A stretch of 64,000 nt of DNA from Macrostomum lignano (Eukaryota). The position numbers and the translations under genes are program-made. Positions 51,258 through 64,000 of the stretch are shown piece by piece; within the stretch, counting starts at the first letter, position 1; each line of letters starts with the position of its first letter. A model generated the notes under the pieces. That model did not search any database, was not told the origin of the DNA, and was given only the letters and a program-made list of their open reading frames with translations. Location: positions 1 through 64,000 of the forward strand of contig NIVC01003361.1 in assembly GCA_002269645.1 (NCBI GenBank). Reading direction: 5' to 3'.

Positions 51258-51500
51258 TAGGCAGATGGCCGAGTATCGGTGAAGCATCGTGCCCGAATCA
51301 CTTGCTGGAGTCCCCGAGTTCGATTCCAAGCGCGACCACACTGAAACCCTCCGGATGCGATTCGTCAAGTTCCTGTGGGCGGCAACTTTCATTTGGGGCT
51401 TGTGTGCACGAGAATTGGCCCGGGGGGAGTGGTGTCGTGCGATTCACACCCTTGGGGAACCCCCAAGAGTGCACATTAGAAAAAGTTGTACACCCTGCGT
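51258..51500 (+). mobile_element. tRNA-derived SINE-like element
   Basis: Box A-like TGGCCGAGTATCGG, box B GAGTTCGATTCC (51316-51327), 3' hairpin CTTGGGG-AAC-CCCCAAG; partial homologs at 46849-46960 and 45308-45360. Confidence 0.6.
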
Positions 51501-51517
51501 GAGTCTGCGTATCTGCG

Positions 51518-51950
51518 CAGAAGTGCACAGTCACACAAGCACACAGTGACAGAAGTGCAGTCACACAAGCACACATTGACAGAAGTGCAGTCACACAAGC
51601 ACACAGTGACAGAAGTGCAGTCACACAAGCACACATTGACAGAAGTGCACAGTCACACAAGCACACATTGACAGAAGTGCACAGCCACACAAGCACACAT
51701 TGACAGAAGTGCACAGCCACACAAGCACACATTGACAGAAGTGCACAGTCACACAAGCACACAGTGACAGAAGTGCAGTCACACAAGCACACATTGACAG
51801 AAGTGCACAGTCACACAAGCACACATTGACAGAAGTGCACAGCCACACAAGCACACATTGACAGAAGTGCACAGCCACACAAGCACACATTGACAGAAGT
51901 GCACAGTCACACAAGCACACATTGACAGAAGTGCACAGTCACACAAGCAC
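51518..51950. repeat. 30/32-nt minisatellite (GACAGAAGTGCACAGTCACACAAGCACACATT)n
   Basis: Starts right after the SINE-like 3' end. Confidence 0.94.
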
Positions 51951-52494
51951 TTAAATAACTCGTTGGTAAAAGACACAAAAACTTTGAGAAATCGAAATTG
52001 GTCTAAATATTTTGAAAGGGTCTGTGCAGACAATAGTAGGGAATAATATAAATAGCAATATAAGCAATTTATAGATATATATATTTAACACACTGTAAGG
52101 TAAGCCAACAACAACTGATGCGCAGTATTTTATAAAGCAACACATTTAACGATTACTTTAATAGATGGGCCAATTATGCAATAATTAATACGATTATGAC
52201 GATGAGAAGTCTCTTTAGGAAACTGAATTAAAACTTCAGGTAATAAAACTGGACGCAGAAGAGAACAGAAAACGGAAACAGGAGAAACATCATTGCAATG
52301 AAAAAAATCGCGCGCACAATATAAAACCTCTGCGTCCAGCACAACAGCGAGCAAAACCAAGGCTGGGACACAAGATGCTGCGACTTGCATAGCTGATAAC
52401 CAGACCTTTATGAGACTGGGGCGTCACGTGACACCGGACACGCTTAACACTGTTGCTGGCATGAGAGAATGAGGATCTGGGAAATTAACCAGCA

Positions 52495-53180
52495 GCTGGA
52501 GATCTGGGAGGGCGATGGCCCAGCAACTGAGGATCTGGGAGGCTGTTGGCTCACCAACTGAGGATCTGAGAGGCTGGCCCAGCAACTGAGGATCTGGGAG
52601 GCTGGTGTCCCAGAAACTGAGGATCTGGGAGGCTGTTGGCTCACCAACTGAGAATCTGGGAGGCTGTTGGCTCACCAACTGAGAATCTGGGAGGCTGGCC
52701 CAGCAACTGAGGTTCTGGGAGGCTGGCCCAGCAACTGAGGATCTGGGAGGCTGGCCCAGCAACTGAGGATCTGGGAGGCTGTTGGCTCACCAACTGAGGA
52801 TCTGAGAGGCTGGCCCAGCAACTGAGGATCTGGGAGGCTGGTGTCCCAGAAACTGAGGATCTGGGAGGCTGTTGGCTCACCAACTGAGAATCTGGGAGGC
52901 TGTTGGCTCACCAACTGAGAATCTGGGAGGCTGGCCCAGCAACTGAGGTTCTGGGAGGCTGGCCCAGCAACTGAGGATCTGGGAGGCTGGCCCAGCAACT
53001 GAGGATCTGGGAGGCTGGCCCAGCAACTGAGGATCTGGGAGGCTGGCCCAGCAACTGAGGATCTGGGAGGCTGTTGGCTCACCAACTGAGAATCTGGGAG
53101 GCTGGTGGCTCACCAACTGAGGATCTGGGAGGCTGGTGGCTCACCAACTGAGGATCTGGGAGGCTGGCCCAGCAACCGAG
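52495..53180. repeat. 28-nt minisatellite (GATCTGGGAGGCTGGCCCAGCAACTGAG)n with 31-nt variants, downstream of NIPBL
   Basis: Same family as 54122-54890. Confidence 0.94.
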
Positions 53181-53924
53181 GATTTGAGATGATCTCTAAG
53201 ATTCTGTGACAAAGCCTCACAAGTTTGACTGGCATTCCGAATAACTGAATCGCCAAAGCCCCTGAGCCAAGGCGGCACGCAAAGAGAAAAGCAAAGCCAG
53301 CAAGCGGTACAGAAATTGAACAACATCGAACGAACTAAGCGACAACTATTTTGTGCAAACAACGGACGCCACGAAGACTAAAAATGGTGTGTTGTGAGAA
53401 CATCTTGCTAATAAAGAATTTCTTGATTCTTCTCTTTGACAAAAAGAGCTGTCTCTCTGCTAGGTAGAAACAGGCGAAGCAGAGCAGTGCAGCGGGAGAA
53501 CTGGTATATAAAAATTGATTATTTACAAGAGAAAAATTGGTGTGGGAGGGCAAAGACAGAAAAAAATAAAGGGACACAAAAGCAGGACATGTACTTTTCC
53601 GATCGCACTGCTAAATTCTGGCTGTACACGAACAAGTTAGATAAGAACAAATAGTTGCTCAACTGTGCTCAAAGACAGGAGCAGCATGAACTGGCTGCCT
53701 CTGAAAGCTAGGAAATTATAAACAAGCAAAGCTACAATAGAAAACCTAATTAGGCATTGCAATTGGGTAAGGAGACTGAAAATTGTTAGAAAAATCAAAA
53801 CAAATTTGCTATTATAGAATTACTCGTAATTTAACAACCCGGCTTATTTAAACTGTATTGCTTCTGCATAATGCCGCTGGGAGTTGCTGCTTCTGCTTTG
53901 AAAAAATACTGACTTCGCCACTGC

Positions 53925-54071
53925 TCAGTCCGACAGAGAGTCGGACTCATCGCTGGACGGACTGTCCTCGGACTCTTCGGACACCGAGGCCTTGCGCTTG
54001 CGACGGGCGCCGGCGCCAGATCTGGCAGCTGGGCGGCGCTTCCGCTGCTTCGGCATCTTGATGCGGGGCCC
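53925..54071 (-). CDS. NIPBL: NIPBL terminal exon (basic NLS-like segment, then acidic Ser-rich end)
   Basis: cccacag acceptor; [13 protein letters not shown]...SDESDSLSD*. Confidence 0.75.
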   Translation of the reverse strand, partial: GPRIKMPKQRKRRPAARSGAGARRKRKASVSEESEDSPSSDESDSLSD

Positions 54072-57000
54072 CTGTGGGATGGGCGGAGGGACTGAAATGT
54101 AAGGGCTGCGAGGGGAGAAAGGGATCTGGGAGGCTGGCCCAGCAACTGAGGATCTGGGAGGCTGGCCCAGCAACTGAGGATCTGGGAGGTTGGTGGCCCA
54201 GCAAGTGGGGATCTGGGAGGCTGGCCCAGCAACTGAGGATCTGGGAGGCTGGCCCAGAAACTGGGGATCTGGGAGGCTGGCCCAGAAACTGAGGATCTGG
54301 GAGGCTGGCCCAGCAACTGAGGATCTGGGAGGCTGGCCCAGCAACTGAGGATCTGGGAGGCTGGCCCAGCAACTGAGGATCTGGGAGGCTGGCCCAGCAA
54401 CTGAGGATCTGGGAGGCTGGCCCAGAAACTGAGGATCTGGGAGGCTGGCCCAGCAACTGAGGATCTGGGAGGCTGGACCAGCAACTGAGAATCTGGGAGG
54501 CTGGACCAGCAACTGAGGATCTGGGAGGCTGGCCCAGCAACTGAGGGTCTGGGAGGCTGGCACAGCAACTGAGGGTCTGGGAGGCTGGCCCAGCAACTGA
54601 GGGTCTGGGAGGCTGGCCCAGCAACTGAGGATTTGGGAGGCTGGCCCAGCAACTGAGGATCTGGGAGGCTGGCCCAGCAACTGAGGATCTGGGAGGCTGG
54701 CACAGCAACTGAGGGTCTGGGAGGCTGGCCCAGCAACTGAGGATTTGGGAGGCAGGCCCAGCAACTGAGGATCTGGGAGGCTGGCCCAGCAACTGAGGAT
54801 TTGGGAGGCTGGCCCAGCAACTGAGGATCTGGGAGGCTGGCCCAGCAACTGAGGATCTGGGAGGCTGGCCCAGCAACTGAGGATCTGAGAAGTTGGCCCA
54901 GCCCAAGTATGTCCCACACCGCACCGTGACTTACCTGGCTGCTGGCATCGCTGTTCGCTCCGTCATCGTCGGCAGGCACCGGCACCGCCGCCTCATCCGC
55001 AGCCTCTGATTGAAGGCCTGTCGGGCCCGCCATTCCGCTGTCTGGAAATGAAATTACGGCGATGCGGTTGGGTGGCTGCTGCACGCACGGCAAACAGAGA
55101 GACAGTCATTCACTCTCTGGGAGTGACTGGATGAGAGTGAATGCTATAGTAAGAATGGAATCATTACGCAGGGAGAGCCATTCCTAAGACTCTAAAGAGT
55201 GACATTGCCTACGAGTTACTTAGTAAGAGTGACATTTGTCTAGAGTGACCAAGAGTGACAATCCTACAGAATGAGCAATAAAGAGTGACAATCCTACAGA
55301 ATGAGCAATTAGGAGTGACAATCCTACAGAATGAGCAATTATGAGTGACAATCCTACAGAATGAGCAATTAGGAGTGACAATACTACAGAATGAGCAATT
55401 AGGAGTGACAATACTACAGAATGAGCAATTAGGAGTGACAATCCTACAGAATGAGCAACAAAGAGTGACAATCCTACAGAATGAGCAACAAAGAGTGACA
55501 ATCATACAGAATGAGCAGTAAAGAGTGACAATCCTACAGAATGAGCAATAAAGAGTGACAATCCTACAGAATGAACAGTAAAGAGTGACAATCCTACAGA
55601 ATGAGCAACAAAGAGTGACAATCCTACAGAATGAGCAATAAAGAGTGACAATCCTACAGAATGAGCAATAAAGAGTGACAATCCTACAGAATGAACAGTA
55701 AAGAGTGACAATCCTACAGAATGAGCAACAAAGAGTGACAATCCTACAGAATGAGCAATAAAGAGTGAAAATCCTACAGAATGAGCAATTAGGAGTGACA
55801 ATCCTACAGAATGAGCAATAAAGAGTGAAAATCATACAGAATGAGTAATTAGGAGTGACAAAGGTAGGACTATCAATCTACACAGTGAGAATCGAGCCCC
55901 AAACTGACCAATTCTGGTGAGCTGCACTTTCAGATCCAAGCCCCGCTGCACAGCAGGGTGGTAGGGCAGCTGCTTGGCAGACACGGTGTCTCCGCTGAGC
56001 AGCCCAGCTGATGAGGTGCCGGCAGCAGCTCTACCGCCACCACCGCCGCCGCCCTCCTCATCTCCGCTGGCCCCGCCAGCATCATTGGGATCAATGGTGA
56101 GCATGAGATCCTCAAAGTCGAGAATGTCGGCGGCCAATTTCACGGTGGTTGGCCTGACCGACTCGGAGGCCAGGTAGTCAAGGCAGCGCTGCGGCCGGAA
56201 GCCGGGGATCGAACGGCGATTGAGCGGCTTCTCCCAGGTCTTGGCCGAGTCGGAGGGCGAGTAGTTTTGCACCTTGGAGTCGCTAATTCCGTACAGCTCC
56301 TTGAGGTACTGCTTCAGCGACAGGAGCAGCGCAATGCCCCGGCTGTGGAGCAGGTAGTCCTCAACTGGAGCCGTGTGCGCCGGAATCCTGGTGGCCAGCA
56401 TCTCCGGCGTGCAGCCGTCAGGCAGTTCCGTTCCAGGTGCGAAGCCCAAGTAGTCCTTGATGCTAGTTAACAGGGTGGAGCCGGCCACGGACACCAGCAG
56501 GTCCAGGTGGTGGATCAGGAACAGCGGCTCCTCGGCCACTTGGTAGGGAAAAGAGGCCAGGTTGTCCGCCACGTACAGCAGCTCGGCGAGGGGGGCGCGC
56601 TGGGGGATGGAGGGGATGCGGGCATGTAGGCTGCGTAGCATGGACACAAATACTCACAGGTGGACAGGCTGTGGACACATTCACAAGAAAGAAGACACAT
56701 CGGCAGACAGATGGACACATTGGCAGACACAGATGGACACATTGGCAGACAGAGATGGACACATTGGCAGACACAGATGGACACATTGGCAAACACAGAT
56801 GGACACAATGGCAGACACAGATGGACACAATGGCAGACACAGATGGACACATTGGCAGACACAGATGGACACAATGGCAGACAGAGTTGGACACATAGGC
56901 AGACACAAATACACATTGGCAAACAAGAATAAACACCCGGAAAAGCAGACAGACAAATTTCCCAAAAGCAGATACAAAGCGAGAGCTGGATTGATTTCCA

Positions 57001-57408
57001 GTAACCATGGCAACCAATTACTCCATTCTGTTTTCACTCAATATTTTTCTCCTTTTAGTTAAAAGCAAAAATGCAATTTTAAAACAGGGAGCTTTGAGCT
57101 GAATTTCTGACGCAATCAGGCGAAGGCATCGGTGGGTGCTGAACAGCAGGACAAAGCAGCGCATTGTTGCTAGGATGCGAGCAGGAATATCGCCAGATTT
57201 TCATTCTATACGCAGGATAAGCCTGCCTTTGTGCTAGAGTGTCAGCCGTATCAAGGCAGAACAGATGCCTGAATATTAGCAAGCAGCTGAACAAGGCTGT
57301 CGCCATGGTAAACAGTTTTTTTTTATTTAGTCACACGCGCAGACATTTCCTTTAAGCATTTTTGCTGAAATATCGTTACAGACAGACAAAAGGACACATA
57401 GACAGATA

Positions 57409-57445
<37 letters not shown>

Positions 57446-57636
57446 CTAAGGCAGAGACAGACAGACAGACACTAAGGCAGACAGACAGACAGACACTAAG
57501 TCAGTCAGACAGACAGACAGACAGACACTAAGACAGACATTAAGACAGGCAGGCAGACAGACAGACAGAGACAGACACTAAGACAGACAGTCAGTCAGAC
57601 AGACAGACAGACAGACACTAAGACAGACAGTCAGTC

Positions 57637-57677
<41 letters not shown>

Positions 57678-57844
57678 CTAAGACAGACAGTCAGTCAGAC
57701 AGACAGACAGACAGAGACAGACACTAAGACAGACAGTCAGACAGACAGACAGTCAGACAGACAGACAGTCAGACAGGCAGGCAGGCAGGCAGATAAATAG
57801 ACAGACAGACAGACAGAGACAGACACTAAGACAGACAGTCAGTC

Positions 57845-57877
<33 letters not shown>

Positions 57878-57926
57878 CTAAGACAGACAGACAGACAGAC
57901 AGACAGAGACAGACAGACAGACAGTC

Positions 57927-57971
<45 letters not shown>

Positions 57972-57974
57972 GTC

Positions 57975-58013
<39 letters not shown>

Positions 58014-58084
58014 GACAGACAGACAGACAGTCAGACAGACAGACAGACAGTCAGACAGGCAGGCAGGCAGATAAATAGACAGGC

Positions 58085-58115
<31 letters not shown>

Positions 58116-61100
58116 AAGAGACAGACACTAAGACAGACAGTCAGTGAGACAGACAGTCAGACAGACAGTCAGACAGACAGACAGACAGTCAGACAGGCAG
58201 GCAGGCAGATAAATAGACAGGCAGACAGACAGAGACAGACAGACAGACAGACACACAGACAGGCAGGCAGGCAGGCAGGCAGGCAGACAGACAGACAGAC
58301 AGACAGCCAAAAACAGTGACCTTAGACCCACCTGGCTGGGGTTCTCATCGAACAGGTTGAGCATGCTGGTGAGCAGGACCCGGCGGTTCATGCGGTTGGT
58401 GCGCAGCATGGAGTACAGGTGGTGGTTCATGGCCACGGGCGGGTCGGCGTCTGGATCGCGGATTCCGCGCACCACGCGGCCGGGCCGAAGCACCCGCTGC
58501 AGCTGGAAGCTCTGGCGCACCCCGAACAGGGCCCGCATGTTGATGAAGCTGGGATAATGCTTCTCAATCTCCATCAGTTGCGCGTCGGCTTTGGATCGAA
58601 TAGCGGGATCGGTGTCCGACTGCATGCTGATGAGGTGCGCCACCGTTTTCACCGGGTGGATCAGGCCCTGCCGCAGGATGGTCACCACCATGGTCAGCGC
58701 GGCCAGCCGGACTCCCGCGTCTTTGTAGTAGAAGGCGGCCAGCACCTGGGCGAGTTCGAGGTTTGTTGGCGATGCTCGATGTGGTTTTGAGGGCGATTTT
58801 TGATAGGGTTTGAAGGCGTTTTTTATGGGGTTTGAGGGCGATTTTTGTTAGGGTTTGAAGGCGGTTTTTGATAGGGTTTGAAGGCGATTTTTTATAGGGT
58901 TTGAAGGCGATTTTTTATAGGGTTTGAAGGCGATTTTTTATAGGGTTTGAAGGCGGTTTTTTATAGGGTTTGAAGGCGGTTTTTTATAGGGTTTGAAGGC
59001 GATTTTTGATGGGGTTTGAGAGCGATTTTTGATAGGGTTTGAAGGCGGTTTTTTATAGGGTTTGAAGGCGATTTTTTATGGGGTTTGAGGGCGATTTTTG
59101 ATAGGGTTTGAAGGCGGTTTTTTATAGGGTTTGAAGGCGATTTTTTATGGGGTTTGAGGGCGATTTTTGATGGGGTTTGAAGGCGGTTTTTTATAGGGTT
59201 TGAAGGCGATTTTTTATAGGGTTTGAAGGCGGTTTTTATAGGGTTTGAAGGCGGTTTTTTATAGGGTTTGAAGGCGATTTTTGATGGGGTTTGAGGGCGA
59301 TTTTTGATGGGGTTTGAAGGCGGTTTTTTATAGGGTTTGAAGGCGATTTTTGGTGGGGTTTGAGAGCGATTTTTGATAGGGTTTGAAGGCGATTTTTGAT
59401 AGGGTTTGAAGGCGATTTTTGATGGGGTTTGAGAGCGATTTTTGATAGGGTTTGAAGGCGGTTTTTTATAGGGTTTGAAGGCGATTTTTGGTGGGGTTCG
59501 AAGGCGGTTTTTTATAGCGTTTGAAGGCGATTTTTATGGGGTTTGGGGGCGATTTTCGATGGGGTCTTGGGGGCGATTTTTGATGGGGTTTTGAGGCGAT
59601 TTTCGATGGGGGTTTGGGATTTTTTATGCAGTTTTGAGTCAGTCGAGTCGACTTTTGATGGAGGGGAAATCCAGGTGATGCTTGTGAGTTGTGAGGGGCC
59701 ATTATCCCAAGGAGAAAGAGTGCAGACCCTACTCAACCGGGGACTCACGTGATCTAGATAAGCCTGAGCCACCATGCTGGCCTTGCCGCTCTGCACATCG
59801 TGCATCTCCTTCAGCGACTCCTGCTGCACATGCTCCTTCCAGGTGGAGTCGGACTGCACCATGCTGGCTTCCTCCTCAAGCAGGAAGCTGGTGAGGTTCT
59901 TCAGCACCAGGGTTTTGGTCTCGTCGGACACCATGGGACCGGCGATAAGCTCGCAGTAGTAGGTCTTCAGCGGGTCCTGAAGCAGCAGGTGCGAGTGCCT
60001 GGCGCACATGAAGCCAAGGCCCATCAGGGACTTCTTCACCACATCCGGGTCGGCGCACTGGGAGCAGAAGAACATGAACGAGCTGAACACGCGCTGCATG
60101 ATAGCTCCAGTCTCGTAGGTGGTGATGCTCTCCAAGTCGAAGTACTTCAACAGCAGCCCGACGGTGTACAGGCCGCGCAGGATTGACGGCTTCTGCCGGG
60201 GATCGATGAGCTCGGCGCCAGTGGCCATGTTCTCCTGCTGCTGCCGGTCGATGGGCGTGTAGAACAGGTTGAAGCACGACCGGATCAGCGAGTAGTTGTG
60301 CGTGACCCGGTTCACCACTGCGCTCAGACAGGCGATCGCGCTGTCCAGCACCATCATGCCCTTGCGCATGGTCAGCTGCACCATCTCCTGCTCGATCGAG
60401 CGCAGCTCCTCCTCATCTGGGTGCTCCATCAGCGGCACGGTGAGCTCCAGAATCTTAGCCACATAATGCAGCACATAGTTATCCTGCTGGCTGCTGATTT
60501 TGATTTTCAAATACGATTGCAGAGTGCTGGCGTGGTCCACCATGAGATTCGGCCGGATCTTCGTCAGCATGTACAGGGTGCACAGGCAGGCCACCAGGCG
60601 CTGGTTGTTGTTGCTGGAGATCTCCTCCAGGCGCATGATGTTGGCCACCAGCGTGTCCACTATCTGGCGGCAGGCCTTCTCAACCGGCCGGAGTTTCTCT
60701 TCCTTCTCCTCTTTGAGCAGGCTGCGCAGCAGGCCCTCGAACCAGTCGTATCCCTGAATTATTGGTGAGCAAGTTTACTACTGATGAAAATGGCTGATTA
60801 TCGACTCAGCGGTATTCGTTTTGGAGCTTTGTTGTAGCTAACCTCTCACCCTTCAATCTAGCCTCTCACCCTTCAATCTAGCCTCTCACCCTTCAATCTA
60901 GCCTCTCACCCTTCAATCTAGCCTCTCGCCCTTCAATCTAGCCTCTCGCCCTTCAATCTAGCCTCTCACCCTTCAATCTACCCTCTCACCCTTCAATGTA
61001 GCCTCTCACCCTTCAATCTAGCCTCTCACCCTTCAATCTAGCCTCTCGCCCTTCAATCTAGCCTCTCGCCCTTCAATCTACCCTCTCACCCTTCAATCTA

Positions 61101-62535
61101 GCCTCTCACCCTTCAATCTAGCCTCTCACCCTAAAATCTACACTCTCACCCTTAAATCTAGCCTCTCACCTTTCAATCTAGTCGCTCACCCTTCAATCTA
61201 CCCTCCTGCCCAAAACCCGGTCTCCGCAAGCCTCACTTGGTCCTTGCAAGCGGCCACCACGTCCGTGATGTTCATAACCTTCTGCAGCAGCTTGACATTG
61301 TGCGACTCCTTTACAGGCGAGAACCACATGGCCTGGAAGACCTCATTAACCAGCTTCCGAATGCCCTCTTCATCGTTGACACGTCGAATCATTTTGACGC
61401 ACATCTCCGGAATTTTATTGAAATCCGGCTGCTCAACGCAGATGTCGCGAAATATTTTAATCACCCGCTTGCGCACGCTGATGCCGGTGTCCAGAATCCG
61501 CTCAGACAGCATCCCGTAGTACTGAGCAGTCAACTGCGGCCTCACAATGATGAACTTGCCAATCAGCTCAATACAGGCCTCCCTAACAGAGGTGGAGTTG
61601 TCCAACAGTCTACCGTGAACTGTCCGCTCAATGTCTGCCCGCTCCAGCACCGACGGGTCCACCTCGACAACGGCTGTCAGGCACTTGATGGCCTTAGTGC
61701 GCACGGCAACTGACTGCTCATTGAGCACCTTCAGTATCTGCGACAGGTAGATGTCGAAGCTCTGCGAGAATGGCCGCATAGAAGCCAGGTAGCGGCACAC
61801 CAGGCAGGCCTCCTCATAGTCCAGCATGTAGGCATCGCTCCTGCCGGTGCTCATCAGCCGCCTCTTGGAGGCCAGCTGCTGACTGTCAGCGGCGCCGAAC
61901 TCGCAGCTTCGCACCAGCAGAGCGGTGCGTCGGGACTCCAGCACGTCCAGCGACTCGTGCGCCACCGCCGATTCATCGTTATTGGCAGCGTCGCGTTGCT
62001 GCTGCAGAGTTCGCTCGACCTCCTTGGCGCAGTCTTTGTACCACTGGGCCAGGTAGAAGCGGACAGCGTAGTGCACCGAGGCGTCCACATCTTCAGCGTT
62101 GAGGTAGTCGACGATGGCTTTCTGCAGGATGACGATTCGCTCCTCCTTGGTGATTGGGGCTTCGTCGGGTGCGGCGGTCGCGGAACTGGCGCCAGCGCCG
62201 GAGGCCTCGAGGCCGCGCGAGTGACCGCGGATCTCCGCCACCAGACTGTCCAGATCCTGCTCGCTCATCTCGCTGGTCACGGCGTCCTTGCGCAGTCGGG
62301 ATGCCACGGTGCCCAGGTAGTCCAGCGAGGCCACACGGAGCGCCTGGTCAACGCTGCGATCGGCGAACTGCTTCACCAGCAGGCCGCCAAGCAGGCTGAG
62401 GAACATCTCGGCAGCCGGCCATTCCGGCTTGTTCACCGCTAGCAGCAGGTCCTCTACGAACTTCTCGAATATGCCCCGGTAGTCCTGCTCCTCCGCCTTC
62501 TTGGCGCACTTGTTCAGGAATACGACGAGGAATAC
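53925..62535 (-). CDS. NIPBL: Nipped-B-like / Scc2 cohesin loader, C-terminal 6 exons (1220 aa); the 5' part lies beyond the window
   Basis: Exons 61237-62535, 59749-60753, 58332-58745, 55909-56599, 54935-55041, 53925-54071 join in frame (3663 nt). Diagnostic HEAT-region motifs: [82 protein letters not shown]. Confidence 0.95.
54122..54890. repeat. 28-nt minisatellite in the last NIPBL intron
   Basis: (GATCTGGGAGGCTGGCCCAGCAACTGAG)n, about 27 units. Confidence 0.96.
54935..55041 (-). CDS. NIPBL: NIPBL penultimate exon
   Basis: catttccag / gtaagt; phase 1 to 0; DSGMAGPTG...DASSQ. Confidence 0.72.
55225..55862. repeat. 30-nt minisatellite (GAGTGACAATCCTACAGAATGAGCAATAAA)n in a NIPBL intron
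   Basis: About 21 units. Confidence 0.96.
55909..56599 (-). CDS. NIPBL: NIPBL exon ([20 protein letters not shown]...)
   Basis: atccccag acceptor, gtcagt donor; conserved LLYxADNLAxFPYQ and YSPSDSAK motifs. Confidence 0.9.
56702..56922. repeat. 22-nt minisatellite (GACACATTGGCAGACACAGATG)n in a NIPBL intron
   Basis: About 10 units. Confidence 0.92.
57385..58306. repeat. (CAGA)n microsatellite with CACTAAG/CAGT/CAGG variants in a NIPBL intron
   Basis: Direct inspection. Confidence 0.95.
58332..58745 (-). CDS. NIPBL: NIPBL exon (VLAAFYYK...RQGLIHP...DENPSQ)
   Basis: cccag / gtggg, phase 0 to 0. Confidence 0.92.
58785..59625. repeat. 20-21-nt minisatellite (GATAGGGTTTGAAGGCGATTTTT)n in a NIPBL intron
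   Basis: About 40 units. Confidence 0.95.
59749..60753 (-). CDS. NIPBL: NIPBL exon ([10 protein letters not shown]...AQAYLDH)
   Basis: aattcag / gtgagt, 335 codons. Confidence 0.93.
60837..61202. repeat. 20-nt minisatellite (CTAGCCTCTCACCCTTCAAT)n in a NIPBL intron
   Basis: About 18 units. Confidence 0.95.
61237..62535 (-). CDS. NIPBL: NIPBL exon ([10 protein letters not shown]...VVAACKDQ)
   Basis: attcccag / gtgagg, 433 codons; [16 protein letters not shown]...NKPEWPAAE. Confidence 0.95.
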
Positions 62536-62584
62536 CTGGGAATGGGGAATTGGTAGGAAGATTTAGTAATGAGGATCAGTAATT

Positions 62585-63962
62585 TTCTGTAATTATCAAG
62601 CTACAGACAATTGGCTGTAATTATCAAGCTACAGACACTTAATTGGCTGTAATTATCAAGCTACAGACACTTAATTGGCTGTAATTATTAAGCTACAGAC
62701 ACTTAATTGGCTGTAATTATCAAGCTACAGACACTTAATTGGCTGTAATTATCAAGCTACAGACACTTAATTGGCTGTAATTATCAAGCTACAGACACTT
62801 AATTGGCTGTAATTATCAAGCTACAGACACTTAATTGGCTGTAATTATTAAGCTACAGACACTTAATTGGCTGTAATTACCAAGCTACAGACACTTAATT
62901 GGCTGTAATTATTAAGCTACAGACACTTAATTGGCTGTAATTATTAAGCTACAGACACTTAATTGGCTGTAATTATCAAGCTACAGACACTTAATTGGCT
63001 GTAATTATCAAGCTACAGACACTTAATTGGCTGTAATTACCAAGCTACAGACACTTAATTGGCTGTAATTATTAAGCTACAGACACTTAATTGGCTGTAA
63101 TTATTAAGCTACAGACATTTAATTGGCTGTAATTATCAAACTGCAGACACTTAATTGGCTGTAATTACCAAGCTACAGACACTTAATTGGCTGTAATTAC
63201 CAAGCTACAGACATTTAATTGGCTGTAATTATCAAGCTACAGACACTTAATTGGCTGTAATTATTAAGCTACAGACACTAAATTGGCTGTAATTACTAAG
63301 CTACAGACACTTAATTGGCTGTAATTACCAAGCTACAGACACTTAATTGGCTGTAATTATCAAGCTACAGACACTTAATTGGCTGTAATTATCAAGCTAC
63401 AGACACTTAATTGGCTGTAATTACCAAGCTACAGACACTTAATTGGCTGTAATTATCAAGCTACAGACACTTAATTGGCTGTAATTATCAAGCTACAGAC
63501 ACTTAATTGGCTGTAATTACCAAGCTACAGACACTTAATTGGCTGTAATTATCAAGCTACAGACACTTAATTGGCTGTAATTATCAAGCTACAGACACTT
63601 AATTGGCTGTAATTATCAAGCTACAGACACTTAATTGGCTGTAATTACCAAGCTACAGACACTTAATTGGCTGTAATTATCAAGCTACAGACACTTAATT
63701 GGCTGTAATTACCAAGCTACAGACACTTAATTGGCTGTAATTATTAAGCTACAGACACTTAATTGGCTGTAATTATTAAGCTACAGACACTAAATTGGCT
63801 GTAATTACCAAGCTACAGACACTTAATTGGCTGTAATTATCAAGCTACAGACACTTAATTGGCTGTAATTATCAAGCTACGGACACTTAATTGGCTGTAA
63901 TTATCAAGCTACAGACACTTAATTGGCTGTAATTATCAAGCTACAGACACTTAATTGGCTGT
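62585..63962. repeat. 32-nt minisatellite (AATTGGCTGTAATTATCAAGCTACAGACACTT)n in a NIPBL intron
   Basis: About 43 units; period checked at 62641/62673. Confidence 0.97.
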
Positions 63963-64000
63963 ACTCAGACAAACAAATCCAGAAGTAACTTCCAGATAAA

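Overview
Eukaryotic (metazoan) genomic DNA with GT-AG introns; the GC-rich codons, intronless orphan GPCRs and very dense minisatellites suggest a free-living flatworm such as Macrostomum (inference only). The left half (1-35 kb) holds five intronless class A GPCR genes: three melatonin/Tre1-like paralogs (3584, 11889, 18451) and two peptide-receptor-like genes (8040 on minus, 25469). It also holds a 93-nt orphan GPCR fragment, three copies of a 1.2-kb solo LTR, a 2.2-kb solo LTR, CORE-type tRNA SINEs, an RTE LINE fragment and several tandem arrays. The right half holds two minus-strand multi-exon genes that I assembled by hand with consistent splice phases. One is a complete 11-exon, 886-aa cadherin (about 5 EC repeats, mucin-like stalk, TM, PDZ-binding tail; 35820-47953). 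The other is the last six exons (1220 aa) of the cohesin loader NIPBL/Nipped-B (53925-62535). Fifteen of the 16 visible introns carry a micro- or minisatellite. The most unusual observations: (1) a 12x52-nt array in the cadherin gene whose unit is a complete AG/17-nt micro-exon/GTGAGT/35-nt micro-intron cassette; (2) a solo LTR inserted in the last codon of a GPCR that replaces the stop codon and 3' UTR without changing the protein; (3) patchwork gene conversion among the three GPCR paralogs; (4) tRNA-SINE-like elements physically coupled to minisatellites. I found no prokaryotic-type system and no CRISPR array.
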